From the NCBI GenBank assembly GCA_039683315.1, contig JBDKRR010000128.1:1-40288 (forward strand): a stretch of DNA of 40,288 bases. The letters are read 5' to 3'. The DNA comes from Sulfuricella sp. Lineage in GTDB: Bacteria; Pseudomonadota; Gammaproteobacteria; Burkholderiales; Sulfuricellaceae. The position numbers were made by a program, and so were the translations under genes. The notes under the pieces are model-generated. The model made no database searches, was not told the origin of the DNA, and worked only from the letters and a program-made list of their open reading frames with translations. Position 1 is the stretch's first letter, and each line of letters opens with the position of its first letter. Of this stretch, positions 1-8,270 are shown one piece after another.

Positions 1-213
1 CAGGCCATCCGAGGTGAGCGTGAAGTGGAATGCGATGCCTGCGTCGCTGACGTGGATGCACACCTGTTTGCCGCGCAGAGGGCTCCAGACTTCATCGCGC
101 AGCTTGTTTTTCAGGGCCAGGTTGATCGCCCGGGTGAAAATCATGGAGTGGGGATATTGCGGCAGCAGCGAGAAAAGGGAGCTGACGACTGGCGGGATGA
201 AAAACGGTTTCAT
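1..213 (-). CDS. ubiT: SCP2-domain accessory factor of O2-independent ubiquinone biosynthesis, N-terminal part (runs off the window)
   Basis: Hand translation from ATG at 213 gives MKPFFIPPVVSSLFSLLPQYPHSMIFTRAINLALK...LRGKQVCIHVSDAGIAFHFTL, a UbiT/SCP2-like pattern. It lies directly downstream of ubiUV and is not in the ORF track because it is truncated. Confidence 0.8.
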   Translation of the reverse strand, partial: MKPFFIPPVVSSLFSLLPQYPHSMIFTRAINLALKNKLRDEVWSPLRGKQVCIHVSDAGIAFHFTLTSDGL

Positions 214-223
214 GCGGGACCCC

Positions 224-1132
224 TTAAGCGGTGGCTAAATTGTCGTGGTGGATGAATTCCAGCCCGGGCTTGCCGTGCCAGTAGCCGTTGCACGGCGCCT
301 CCGGCATCAGCTTCTCCATCTGCTCCAGGGCCAGTGCAGGCGACATGCGCTGCTCCATGCATTCGCGGAACAGCTGCAGGATCTTTCCGCTATGGTAGGC
401 CTGCGGGCTGACCCGCAACACGTCTACGCCGGCTTCCTGCAAGGCGTTAAGTTCGCCGATCAGATTGTACGGACGCGCCGATTGGGTCTGGATGCCGTTG
501 AGCGTGAGGAAGGGCTGGCCTTCGCGTGTCTTCAGGGAAAGGCCGTTGCTGTAGTCGAGGCAGCGGAACTGACAGTCGTCTTTCTGCAGATTATGGTGGC
601 GAGCGGTGAAGCAGCGCGCGGAGTAGGCCAGCGGCAGCCGACCGTAAGCGAACACTTCCGTTTCCAGCCCGCTGCGGCGGCTCTGTTGCATTGGCACTAG
701 CGCGTCGCGCGACATTTCGACCGGCATCACCCAGCGCGTCGCACCCAGGCCGGCGAGCAGGTCGAGAGTCTGCGGGCTGTAGATGTTGAGTGTCGGGCCA
801 GCGACGAATGGCACCTTGTTCGCCAGCAGGCGCACTGCGCCCATGTCGTTGGCTTCCACGCTGAATTTTTCGTTGCCGCTGATCCTGCGCAGGGTTTTGA
901 GATCCGATTCCGATTCGATCAGGGTCTGTGTCGAGAGCACCACTTCCTTGCCGGCGGCGGCGAGCTGCTCCGCCACGTCGAGGTAATCCTGCAGGCGCAT
1001 GAGGTGGCGGCGCGAACAAACCGTCTCGCCGAGGTAGACGATGTCAACCGGGGAGGCGGCGATTTCTTCGTAGAACTTGAGCTGGGCATCGCGATCCCAG
1101 TAGTAGAGGTTGGGTCCAAGTGCTAGTTTCAT
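224..1132 (-). CDS. ubiV: U32 peptidase-family Fe-S protein UbiV
   Basis: MKLALGPNLYYW, YLGETVCSRR, AYSARCFTAR and PCNGYWHGKPG are UbiV signatures. Start trimmed to ATG at 1132. Confidence 0.93.
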   Translation of the reverse strand: MKLALGPNLYYWDRDAQLKFYEEIAASPVDIVYLGETVCSRRHLMRLQDYLDVAEQLAAAGKEVVLSTQTLIESESDLKTLRRISGNEKFSVEANDMGAVRLLANKVPFVAGPTLNIYSPQTLDLLAGLGATRWVMPVEMSRDALVPMQQSRRSGLETEVFAYGRLPLAYSARCFTARHHNLQKDDCQFRCLDYSNGLSLKTREGQPFLTLNGIQTQSARPYNLIGELNALQEAGVDVLRVSPQAYHSGKILQLFRECMEQRMSPALALEQMEKLMPEAPCNGYWHGKPGLEFIHHDNLATA

Positions 1133-1136
1133 ATGT

Positions 1137-2159
1137 TCATTTCCATGGCCGGTAGTAGGCGCCAAGGGTTTGCTGCTGCCCTTCCGAGAGCTTGCCCAGT
1201 TCCGCCATCCATGAGGGTTTGACGGCGAAGCCCTGGCCCTCGCGATGGCAGGCGTCGATCGCCTGGCGCCACACTTTGGTGACCTGGGCCACGTAGGCGG
1301 GGCTGCGCTGGCGCCCCTCGATCTTGATGGCAGCAATACCCATACCTATCAGTTCCGGCAGCAGTTCCAGGGTATTGAGGCTGGTGGGTTCCTCGATCGC
1401 GTAATAGGTTTCGCCCGCGACTTCGAACCGGCCCTTGCACAGCGTGGGGTAGCCGGTGTTTTCCTTGGCGTCGTAGCGGTCGATCAGGATGCCGTTCAGG
1501 CGCGATTCCAGCCCTTGCGCGGTCTGTTGCCAGCGTACCGCCTTGGGGGGCGAACACACGCCGCAGGTGTTGGGGGATTCGCCGGTGGCGTAGGAAGACA
1601 GGGCGCAGCGCCCTTCGACCATGACGCACAGCCCGCCAAAACCGAACAGTTCGATTTCCACCGGGGTATTGGCCATCAGCTGCTCGACCTGCGCCAGCGC
1701 CAGCACGCGCGGCACCACCGCGCGCCGGATGCCGAACTGCTCGTGGTAGAAATTGATCGCCTCGTAATTGGTGGCCGAGCCCTGTACCGAAAGGTGCAGG
1801 CGCAAATCGGGGTGGGTTTTCGCCGCGTATTGCATCAGGCCGGGATCGGCCAGGATGACCGCGTCCATGCCCAGGTCCGCGGCGTTGTCGATGGCGCTGG
1901 TCCAGCGTTGCCAGCCGCTCGCTTGGGGGTAGGTGTTCAGGGCCAGCAGCACCTTGCGGCCCTTGGCATGGGCATAGCGCACGCCTTCCTTGGCGTTGGC
2001 CAGGTCGAAATTCAGGCCGGTGAAGTTGCGCGCGTTGGTGTCGTCGCGGAAGCCCATGTAGACGCAGTCTGCACCGTTGTCCACGGCGGTTTTCAGGGCC
2101 GGCAGGCTGCCCGCGGGGCAGACTAGTTCCGGGATGAATTGTTCTGGCTTAGGCGGCAT
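1137..2159 (-). CDS. ubiU: U32 peptidase-family Fe-S protein UbiU
   Basis: ELVCPAGSL, LCVMVEGRCALSSY, CGVCSP, YPTLCKGRF, KIEGRQRSPAY and TLGAYYRPW motifs. Confidence 0.95.
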   Translation of the reverse strand: MPPKPEQFIPELVCPAGSLPALKTAVDNGADCVYMGFRDDTNARNFTGLNFDLANAKEGVRYAHAKGRKVLLALNTYPQASGWQRWTSAIDNAADLGMDAVILADPGLMQYAAKTHPDLRLHLSVQGSATNYEAINFYHEQFGIRRAVVPRVLALAQVEQLMANTPVEIELFGFGGLCVMVEGRCALSSYATGESPNTCGVCSPPKAVRWQQTAQGLESRLNGILIDRYDAKENTGYPTLCKGRFEVAGETYYAIEEPTSLNTLELLPELIGMGIAAIKIEGRQRSPAYVAQVTKVWRQAIDACHREGQGFAVKPSWMAELGKLSEGQQQTLGAYYRPWK

Positions 2160-3102
2160 CGAGAATTTTCTCCTTTTGCATTGGCATGTCGGCGAACTGT
2201 CCCTGGCGGTGGCCGCGCCGCGCCAGTTCGCGCTCGATGCCGTTGAGCACGTTCCATTTCTGTGAGCACCAGTCCGGTGCGAGCAGGATGTCTTTCTCGG
2301 CCGTACCGGTGACGCGGTGGTAGACGATATGTTCCGGCGTGCGCTCGATCAGGTCGCAGGCGTGCCGGATGTAGGCTTCCAGCGTCAGCGGCCGGAATTC
2401 TCCGCGCCGCCATTGCTGGGCGAGCACCGTGTGCCTGACCACATGCAGCGGGTGCAGCTTGAGCCCGTCCACGCCGATCTCCAGCACGCTGTCGAGGCTG
2501 GCGTGGAAATGGGATTCATCTTCTCCCGGCAGGCCGAGAATAAGGTGGGCGCATACCGGAATGCCGCGCCGGCGAGCGGCGATTGCCACGTCGCGGTATT
2601 CCTTCAGGCCGTGGCCGCGGTTGACGCGCCGCAGCGTCTCGTCGAAAGCCGATTGCAGTCCCAGTTCCAGCCACACGATGCGGCCTTCGTCGCGATAGCG
2701 CACGAGCAGGTCGAGCACCTCGCTGGAGACGCAGTCCGGCCGCGTGCCGACCGAGAGGCCGACGATGTCGCGTTGGGTCATGGCCTGGCGGTACAGCGCG
2801 TCGAGTTCCACAACGTCGGCGTAGGTGTTGGTATAAGCCTGAAAGTAGGCGAGAAATTTTTTCGCCCGCGTACGCTTGGCGATCGCGTGTCTTCCGCTGT
2901 CGAGCTGCGCTTCCAGGTCTTGCGGCTGCCGTCCGTTGGGGTTGAATGAACGGTTATTGCAGAAGGTGCAGCCGCCTATGCCTTTCGAGCCGTCGCGGTT
3001 GGGACAGGTGAATCCTGCGTCCAGGGCGATCTTGTGCACCCGTTCGCCGTGACGTGCGAGCAGGTGTTGGCCGAAGGTGTGAATGTAGTCGGATAGCGCC
3101 AT
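2149..3102 (-). CDS. yhcC: TIGR01212/YhcC-family radical SAM protein
   Basis: DAGFTCPNRDG...GGCTFC atypical cysteine spacing, plus YFQAYTNTY, GTRPDC, ELGLQS and KLHPLH. Confidence 0.92.
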   Translation of the reverse strand: MALSDYIHTFGQHLLARHGERVHKIALDAGFTCPNRDGSKGIGGCTFCNNRSFNPNGRQPQDLEAQLDSGRHAIAKRTRAKKFLAYFQAYTNTYADVVELDALYRQAMTQRDIVGLSVGTRPDCVSSEVLDLLVRYRDEGRIVWLELGLQSAFDETLRRVNRGHGLKEYRDVAIAARRRGIPVCAHLILGLPGEDESHFHASLDSVLEIGVDGLKLHPLHVVRHTVLAQQWRRGEFRPLTLEAYIRHACDLIERTPEHIVYHRVTGTAEKDILLAPDWCSQKWNVLNGIERELARRGHRQGQFADMPMQKEKILDAA

Positions 3103-3360
3103 ATTTCAGGACAAGGAGACTAGCATATCCGGTTAGATGGCTCAACCGTATTGCGGGTGTGGACTTTGCGTGAACGGACAGGGTAACGCGACAGAACGGC
3201 AGGCTTGAAGATGAATTTTCTGAAAATATGGTCATGCAGAATTCTTGTCCAATGGTTAAACTAAACCAAAATGCGGATGGTCATATAAAGCACTGACAGT
3301 AGGCGTAGCTGGTTCGCCAGTACAATCGGGACCGGGTGAATTAATTAGGAAAGGAAAATC

Positions 3361-3816
3361 ATGAATAAAATAAAGCTTGCCGGCGCGCTCCTCGTGTTGG
3401 CTGCGGTGCTTGGCGGCTGCGCTTCGAGCATGTCGGGTGGGGCGTACTCCCGCTCGCAGGCACGCCAGACGCAGGAGGTGCAAATGGGTGTGGTAGAGAG
3501 CGTACGTCAGGTGCAGCTCGAAGGTACCAAGACGCCGGTGGGTACCGTTGCGGGTGCGGCAGTGGGCGGGATCGCCGGCAGTAACATCGGCGGAGGTAAG
3601 GGCAGCACCGTCGCAGCCATCATCGGTGCGGTGGCGGGCGGGCTTGCCGGCTCTGCCATCGAAGAGGGGGTAACAAAAAAACCGGGCCTGGAAATCACCG
3701 TCACGCTGGATAGCGGCAGGATGATTGCCGTGACCCAGGAAGCGGATGAATCCTTCCACCCCGGCGAACGGGTGCGAATTTTGACCGGTGGCGGTGTGAC
3801 GCGTGTGACGCACTAA
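3361..3816 (+). CDS. slyB: Outer-membrane lipoprotein SlyB (glycine zipper 2TM)
   Basis: Lipobox LGGC, glycine-zipper repeats, GLEITV.LDSG, and an AGGAAAGGA ribosome-binding site. Confidence 0.88.
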   Translation: MNKIKLAGALLVLAAVLGGCASSMSGGAYSRSQARQTQEVQMGVVESVRQVQLEGTKTPVGTVAGAAVGGIAGSNIGGGKGSTVAAIIGAVAGGLAGSAIEEGVTKKPGLEITVTLDSGRMIAVTQEADESFHPGERVRILTGGGVTRVTH

Positions 3817-3840
3817 GCTAGCGCTTCCTTTTTCGTGCAG

Positions 3841-3868
3841 AGGGCGTGCCAGACGGTGCGCCCTTTTC
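3841..3868 (+). terminator. Intrinsic terminator of slyB
   Basis: AGGGCGTGCC-AGAC-GGTGCGCCCT stem followed by T residues. Confidence 0.65.
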
Positions 3869-3964
3869 TATTGCAAATGAATCGGAGGTGCGACGACGGA
3901 TGGGCGTGCTGTGCGCTTTGAGGAATATTTGTCTGATCGGCTAGTTGGCGAAGCCGTCAGGGAT

Positions 3965-3993
3965 AAAAAAACGGCGGCCAAGGCCGCCGTTTT
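3965..3993 (-). terminator. Intrinsic (possibly bidirectional) terminator after the PEP-CTERM gene
   Basis: AAAACGGCGGCC-AA-GGCCGCCGTTTT palindrome; the A7 run gives a U-tract on the minus strand. Confidence 0.8.
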
Positions 3994-4014
3994 GCTGTCA
4001 AATAATCCGACAGG

Positions 4015-4854
4015 TTAGTTTTTTGCCTTGCGACGGCGCGCAACACCCAGACCGGCCAGACCGATGCCGAGCAACGCCAGCGAAGCAGGCTCAGGTACTA
4101 CTCCGGGTGTAATAACTTGACCATTGCGAACCTGGAAGTTGTATTGACCCAAGGTATTCGAATTCAGCGAGTTATGTATCAGGCCAGTCGCGAGGTTGCT
4201 GTCGAGCAAGCCGCCGTTGACTGCAGAGCCGGCCAATTCCTGAGAAGCGCTAATGCCATTGGACCAACCGGCACGGGCAGAGCTACCACCGAAACCACCT
4301 ACGCCACCGCTTGCACTGCCCGTTTCCCACAGGATTTGGTCGTAATTGAACTGGAAGTCAAAGTTGCCGGCTCCTGTGTCGGAGCGGTCGGAGACAATGA
4401 GCTGAAAGCTGTTGAGCAAGTTTGATTGGCTGTTGTAGTAGCCAACGTTAATCCAGTTGACTCCGAATGCACTGTGGCCACCCAAAGTGGATTGACCATA
4501 CTGAACCAGGCTGCTAGCGCCACCTCGCGTGTCCACGTCTGCAAAGAAGGGCGCCAGCATGGGTGTGCTGGTGGACAGGAGACTGAACGGCGTATAGGTC
4601 CCAAGCGGACCGTTGAAGGTTACATTGCCATTGTTATTGACGTACAAGGTGCTGTAATTGACGCCAAAGAAGTTGATGCCGAAACCCATGTTGACTAGAC
4701 CGGTTGAGCCGTCATCATTGGCTGCAAGTGTATTGGTCGTAAACAACGACGCGTCGTGGATGGCTGTGGCATTGGCATCGACGGAAGTGACTGCGAGCGA
4801 GCCTGCGGTTACGAGTGCAGCGACCAAGCTCAACAAGCGAAAATGAATATTCAT
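4015..4854 (-). CDS. Secreted nidogen-like (NIDO) domain protein with PEP-CTERM sorting signal
   Basis: Signal peptide; NDDGST, YVNNNGNVTF, APFFADVDTR and FNYDQILWETG NIDO motifs; C-terminal VPEPASLALLGIGLAGLGVARRRK. Confidence 0.9.
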   Translation of the reverse strand: MNIHFRLLSLVAALVTAGSLAVTSVDANATAIHDASLFTTNTLAANDDGSTGLVNMGFGINFFGVNYSTLYVNNNGNVTFNGPLGTYTPFSLLSTSTPMLAPFFADVDTRGGASSLVQYGQSTLGGHSAFGVNWINVGYYNSQSNLLNSFQLIVSDRSDTGAGNFDFQFNYDQILWETGSASGGVGGFGGSSARAGWSNGISASQELAGSAVNGGLLDSNLATGLIHNSLNSNTLGQYNFQVRNGQVITPGVVPEPASLALLGIGLAGLGVARRRKAKN

Positions 4855-4950
4855 GTCGATACTCCTTTTTGTGATTTTTAGAAAACTAGGTCAGATACGT
4901 TTGCTGTACACCTTAGACTGCTCTCGTACTGCCGTTGGTATGAAGCACTA

Positions 4951-4967
4951 AGCACCAACTATGCCAG
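4951..4967 (-). promoter_or_regulatory. Sigma54 (-24/-12) promoter of the PEP-CTERM gene
   Basis: Minus strand reads CTGGCATAGTTGGTGCT, which is GG-N10-GC, about 100 nt upstream of the start codon. Confidence 0.7.
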
Positions 4968-4970
4968 CAC

Positions 4971-4983
4971 CAACTCATGGATT
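4971..4983 (-). promoter_or_regulatory. Candidate IHF site between the sigma54 promoter and the enhancer
   Basis: Minus strand AATCCA-TGAG-TTG versus consensus WATCAA-N4-TTR (1 mismatch), in an AT-rich stretch. Confidence 0.45.
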
Positions 4984-5063
4984 TAATGATGTTTAATTAC
5001 AGTAAGTTAATAATCTGTTTCGTTGGCTTGGAATGCTCGTCTTGAAAGACGTCCATTCGAGAC

Positions 5064-5080
5064 TGTAAAAAATTCCGACA
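5064..5080. promoter_or_regulatory. Enhancer-binding-protein site (PEP-CTERM/PrsR-type box)
   Basis: TGTAAAAAATTCCGACA is TGT-N11-ACA and lies about 100 bp upstream of the sigma54 site. Confidence 0.65.
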
Positions 5081-5169
5081 CTCAAAATGCGACAGCTTCC
5101 AGCTGTGCGATCACGTAACGGCGGGACGCTGCTGGATATCGACAGTTGCGCCTGAGCTGCTATTAAAAA

Positions 5170-5183
5170 TTGATTTTTATCGG
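5170..5183 (+). promoter_or_regulatory. FNR/Dnr-like box upstream of nrdD
   Basis: TTGAT-TTTT-ATCGG versus consensus TTGAT-N4-ATCAA (8/10). Confidence 0.5.
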
Positions 5184-5205
5184 GATAAAAATATCGTGTA
5201 ATCCG

Positions 5206-5235
5206 TTGACATCGACACAACATGGCGTATATGGT
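5206..5235 (+). promoter_or_regulatory. Sigma70 promoter of nrdD
   Basis: Perfect TTGACA at 5206-5211 and TATGGT 18 bp downstream. Confidence 0.55.
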
Positions 5236-5262
5236 GTCGGAAAACATCACAACATATTGTGT
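5215..5262 (+). promoter_or_regulatory. Tandem NrdR boxes
   Basis: Strong box TCACAACATATTGTGT (5247-5262) and weaker ACACAACATGGCGTAT (5215-5230), 32 bp apart, overlapping the promoter of an RNR gene. Confidence 0.85.
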
Positions 5263-5284
5263 TTGTGTTCATCGAGGAGGGGCC

Positions 5285-7318
5285 ATGAATTTGCAGCAGG
5301 AAGGGGAGCAAAGATTGTTGAGTTTGCCGCGTGCCGTTATCAAGCGCGACGGTTCGGTGGCGGTGTTCGATGGCGACAAAATCCGCTCGGCCATTGCGCG
5401 CGCCGGCGGCGTCAGCGGCGAATTCGATGGCAGCGAGGCGGCACTGCTGTCCGCCCAGGTGGCCAAGGTACTGATACATAAATTCCGCAACCAGCCGCCC
5501 TCTATCGAGAACATTCAGGACGTGGTCGAGCAGGTGCTGATTTCCGCCAACCACCTCAAAACCGCCCGCGCCTACATCGTTTACCGCGAACAGCACGCCA
5601 AGCTGCGCCAGGACCGCAAGACGGTGGTGGATGTAGGCAGCTCCATCAACGAATACCTCGAACAACTGGACTGGCGCGTCAACGCCAACGCCAACCAGGG
5701 CTATTCCCTGGGCGGGCTGATCCTCAACGTGTCCGGCAAGGTGGTGGCCAATTACTGGCTCAACCACGTTTATCCGCCGGAAGTCGGCGTGGCGCACCGC
5801 GAGGGCGACATCCACGTGCACGATCTCGACATGCTGGCGGGCTACTGCGCCGGCTGGTCGCTGCGCACCCTGCTGACGGAAGGCCTCAACGGCGTGCCGG
5901 GCAAGGTCGAGGCGGGGCCGCCCAAGCACATGTCGTCCGCCGTGGGGCAGATCGTCAACTTCCTCGGCACGCTGCAGAACGAATGGGCCGGAGCGCAGGC
6001 ATTCAGCTCCTTTGATACCTACATGGCGCCCTATATCCGCAAGGACAACCTGCCCTACACGCAGGTCAAGCAATACATCCAGGAACTGATCTACAACCTC
6101 AACGTGCCGTCGCGCTGGGGCACGCAGACGCCGTTCACCAACCTGACTTTCGACTGGACCTGCCCGGATGACCTGAAAGACCAGGTGCCGATCATCGGCG
6201 GCAAGGAAGTGCCGTTCACCTACGGCGAGCTGCAGGTCGAAATGGACATGATCAACCGCGCCTACATCGAGGTCATGACCACCGGCGACGCCAAGGGACG
6301 GGTGTTCACTTTCCCCATCCCGACCTACAACATGACGCCGGATTTCCCCTGGGAATCGGAAAACGCCACGCTGCTGTTCGAGATGACGGCGAAGTACGGC
6401 CTGCCGTATTTCCAGAACTTCATCAATTCCGAGCTCAAGCCCAACATGATCCGTTCCATGTGCTGCCGCCTGCAGCTCGACCTGCGCGAACTGCTCAAGC
6501 GCGGCAACGGCCTGTTCGGCAGCGCGGAGCAGACCGGCTCGGTAGGCGTGGTCACCATCAACTGCGCGCGCCTCGGCTTCCTCTACAAGGGCAACGAGGC
6601 CGGCTTGCTGGCGCGTCTCGACGAGCTGCTGGAGATCGGCAAGAACAGCCTGGAAATCAAGCGCAAGACCATCCAGCGCCACATGGACGCGGGCCTGTTC
6701 CCCTACACCAAGCGCTATCTCGGCACCTTGCGCAACCACTTCTCCACGCTGGGGGTGAACGGCATCAACGAGATGATCCGCAATTTCACCGATGACGAAT
6801 ATGACATCACCAGTGAGTATGGTCATGCCTTCGCAGTGCGCCTGCTCGATCACGTGCGTGCCCGGATGCTGGCTTTCCAGGACGAGACCGGCCATATGTA
6901 CAACCTCGAAGCCACGCCGGCGGAAGGCACCACCTACCGCTTCGCCAGGGAAGACCGGAAGCGTTTCCCCGACATTCTGCAGGCGGGTACGCGGGAAATG
7001 CCGTATTACACCAACTCCTCGCAGTTGCCGGTGGGCTTCACCGACGACCCGTTCGAGGCGCTGGAACGGCAGGATGAATTGCAGAAGAAATACACCGGCG
7101 GCACCGTGCTGCACCTCTACATGACGGAGCGCATTTCCAGCGCGGAAGCCTGCAAGAACCTGGTCAAGCGTTCGCTGGAGCGCTTCCGGCTGCCATACAT
7201 CACGATCACGCCGACTTTCTCGATTTGCCCGGTTCACGGCTATCTGGATGGGGAGCACAAGTTCTGTCCCAAGTGCGACGAGGACATCATCGCCAAAAAA
7301 CGCAAACAAGCAGCCTAA
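5285..7318 (+). CDS. nrdD: Class III (anaerobic) ribonucleotide reductase large subunit with ATP cone, lacking the glycyl-radical loop
   Basis: VIKRDG ATP cone, HVHDLD, GYCAGWS, SMCCRL, NLEATPAEG, YYTNS and C-terminal CPVH...CPKC. A GGAGG ribosome-binding site precedes ATG 5285. Confidence 0.95.
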   Translation: MNLQQEGEQRLLSLPRAVIKRDGSVAVFDGDKIRSAIARAGGVSGEFDGSEAALLSAQVAKVLIHKFRNQPPSIENIQDVVEQVLISANHLKTARAYIVYREQHAKLRQDRKTVVDVGSSINEYLEQLDWRVNANANQGYSLGGLILNVSGKVVANYWLNHVYPPEVGVAHREGDIHVHDLDMLAGYCAGWSLRTLLTEGLNGVPGKVEAGPPKHMSSAVGQIVNFLGTLQNEWAGAQAFSSFDTYMAPYIRKDNLPYTQVKQYIQELIYNLNVPSRWGTQTPFTNLTFDWTCPDDLKDQVPIIGGKEVPFTYGELQVEMDMINRAYIEVMTTGDAKGRVFTFPIPTYNMTPDFPWESENATLLFEMTAKYGLPYFQNFINSELKPNMIRSMCCRLQLDLRELLKRGNGLFGSAEQTGSVGVVTINCARLGFLYKGNEAGLLARLDELLEIGKNSLEIKRKTIQRHMDAGLFPYTKRYLGTLRNHFSTLGVNGINEMIRNFTDDEYDITSEYGHAFAVRLLDHVRARMLAFQDETGHMYNLEATPAEGTTYRFAREDRKRFPDILQAGTREMPYYTNSSQLPVGFTDDPFEALERQDELQKKYTGGTVLHLYMTERISSAEACKNLVKRSLERFRLPYITITPTFSICPVHGYLDGEHKFCPKCDEDIIAKKRKQAA

Positions 7319-7329
7319 AGGAGAAAAAC

Positions 7330-7521
7330 ATGACCGACCTGTCCCAGCAAACCAACCTGCAAGCCGAAATCGTCCTTAAGGACGAAGTGCGCCAGCCGTG
7401 CGAAGTCTGGACGCGCGTGATGGGCTACCACCGTCCGTTGGCGTCCTTCAACGTGGGTAAAAAAGGTGAATTCTTTGAGCGCCAGTATTTCTGCGAATCG
7501 CGCGCCAAGCTTGCCGCCTGA
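7330..7521 (+). CDS. Stand-alone NrdD glycyl-radical domain (63 aa)
   Basis: CEVWTRVMGYHRP...FNVGKKGEF is the usual NrdD C-terminus. It has its own AAGGAG site (7318-7323) and is in a different frame from nrdD. Confidence 0.88.
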   Translation: MTDLSQQTNLQAEIVLKDEVRQPCEVWTRVMGYHRPLASFNVGKKGEFFERQYFCESRAKLAA

Positions 7522-8224
7522 ACCAGCAGTCCTCCTGCAAGTCGGGGGGCTGACGCCCCTCACCACCACGGACTTCCCCGGTCAGCTCGCGGCGGTGGTG
7601 TTCTGCCAGGGCTGCCCGTGGCAGTGCGGTTATTGCCACAACCCGCACCTGATCCCCCGCGGCGGCGAGACGATGCAAGGCTGGGACGACGTTATGACGT
7701 TCCTGAAACGGCGCCAGGGGCTGCTCGATGCCGTGGTGTTCAGCGGCGGGGAACCCACGCTGCAATCCGGCCTGGCGGATGCCTGCCGCGAGGTGCGGGC
7801 GCTCGGCTTCAGGACCGGCCTGCACACCGCCGGTCCCTACCCGGCGCGGCTGGCGGAAATCCTTCCCGCAATCGACTGGGTGGGCATGGATATCAAGGCG
7901 CCCTTTGCCGAGTACGACCGCATCACCGGCGTGCCGGGCAGCGGGGAGCGGGCGCGGGAAAGTCTGGTGCGGCTGCTCGACAGCGGCGTCGACTACGAAA
8001 TCCGCACCACCGTGCACCCCGCCTTGCTGGGCGCCGCACAGCTCGACGAGCTCGCCCGGGAGCTGGCTGCACTGGGCGTGCGGCGCTATGTATTGCAGGA
8101 ATTCCGCGCCCAGGGTTGCGCGGATTCCGGCCTGAACATGGCGCCAGGCCGGGATTTTTTATGGGCGGACGTGCGCGCTGCGCTTCAGCCCTTGTTTCAG
8201 CACTTCTCCATTCGAGGCGCTTGA
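7511..8224 (+). CDS. nrdG: Anaerobic RNR activating enzyme (radical SAM)
   Basis: GGLTPLTTTDFPG, FCQGCPWQCGYCHNP and VVFSGGEPT. The start is uncertain; TTG at 7511 was chosen. Confidence 0.92.
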   Translation: MPPEPAVLLQVGGLTPLTTTDFPGQLAAVVFCQGCPWQCGYCHNPHLIPRGGETMQGWDDVMTFLKRRQGLLDAVVFSGGEPTLQSGLADACREVRALGFRTGLHTAGPYPARLAEILPAIDWVGMDIKAPFAEYDRITGVPGSGERARESLVRLLDSGVDYEIRTTVHPALLGAAQLDELARELAALGVRRYVLQEFRAQGCADSGLNMAPGRDFLWADVRAALQPLFQHFSIRGA

Positions 8225-8270
8225 CCCTATAATCCGCATGATTCGTTTCATGGGATTTTAAGGAACCGCT

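Noticed and set aside
3103-3360. Expected FNR box upstream of yhcC-ubiUVT
   Set aside because: I found no convincing TTGAT-N4-ATCAA match by eye.
5177-7309. 710-aa minus-strand ORF and other long antisense ORFs (e.g. 12559-13947, 23742-24959, 38173-39201)
   Set aside because: These are shadow frames of well-supported genes, typical of high-GC DNA, and have no recognisable motifs.
7290-7330. nrdD as a frameshifted pseudogene or programmed -1 frameshift
   Set aside because: C-AAA-AAA is a poor slippery site, the downstream ORF has its own strong ribosome-binding site and ATG, and the operon is otherwise intact. It is kept only as an alternative to check.
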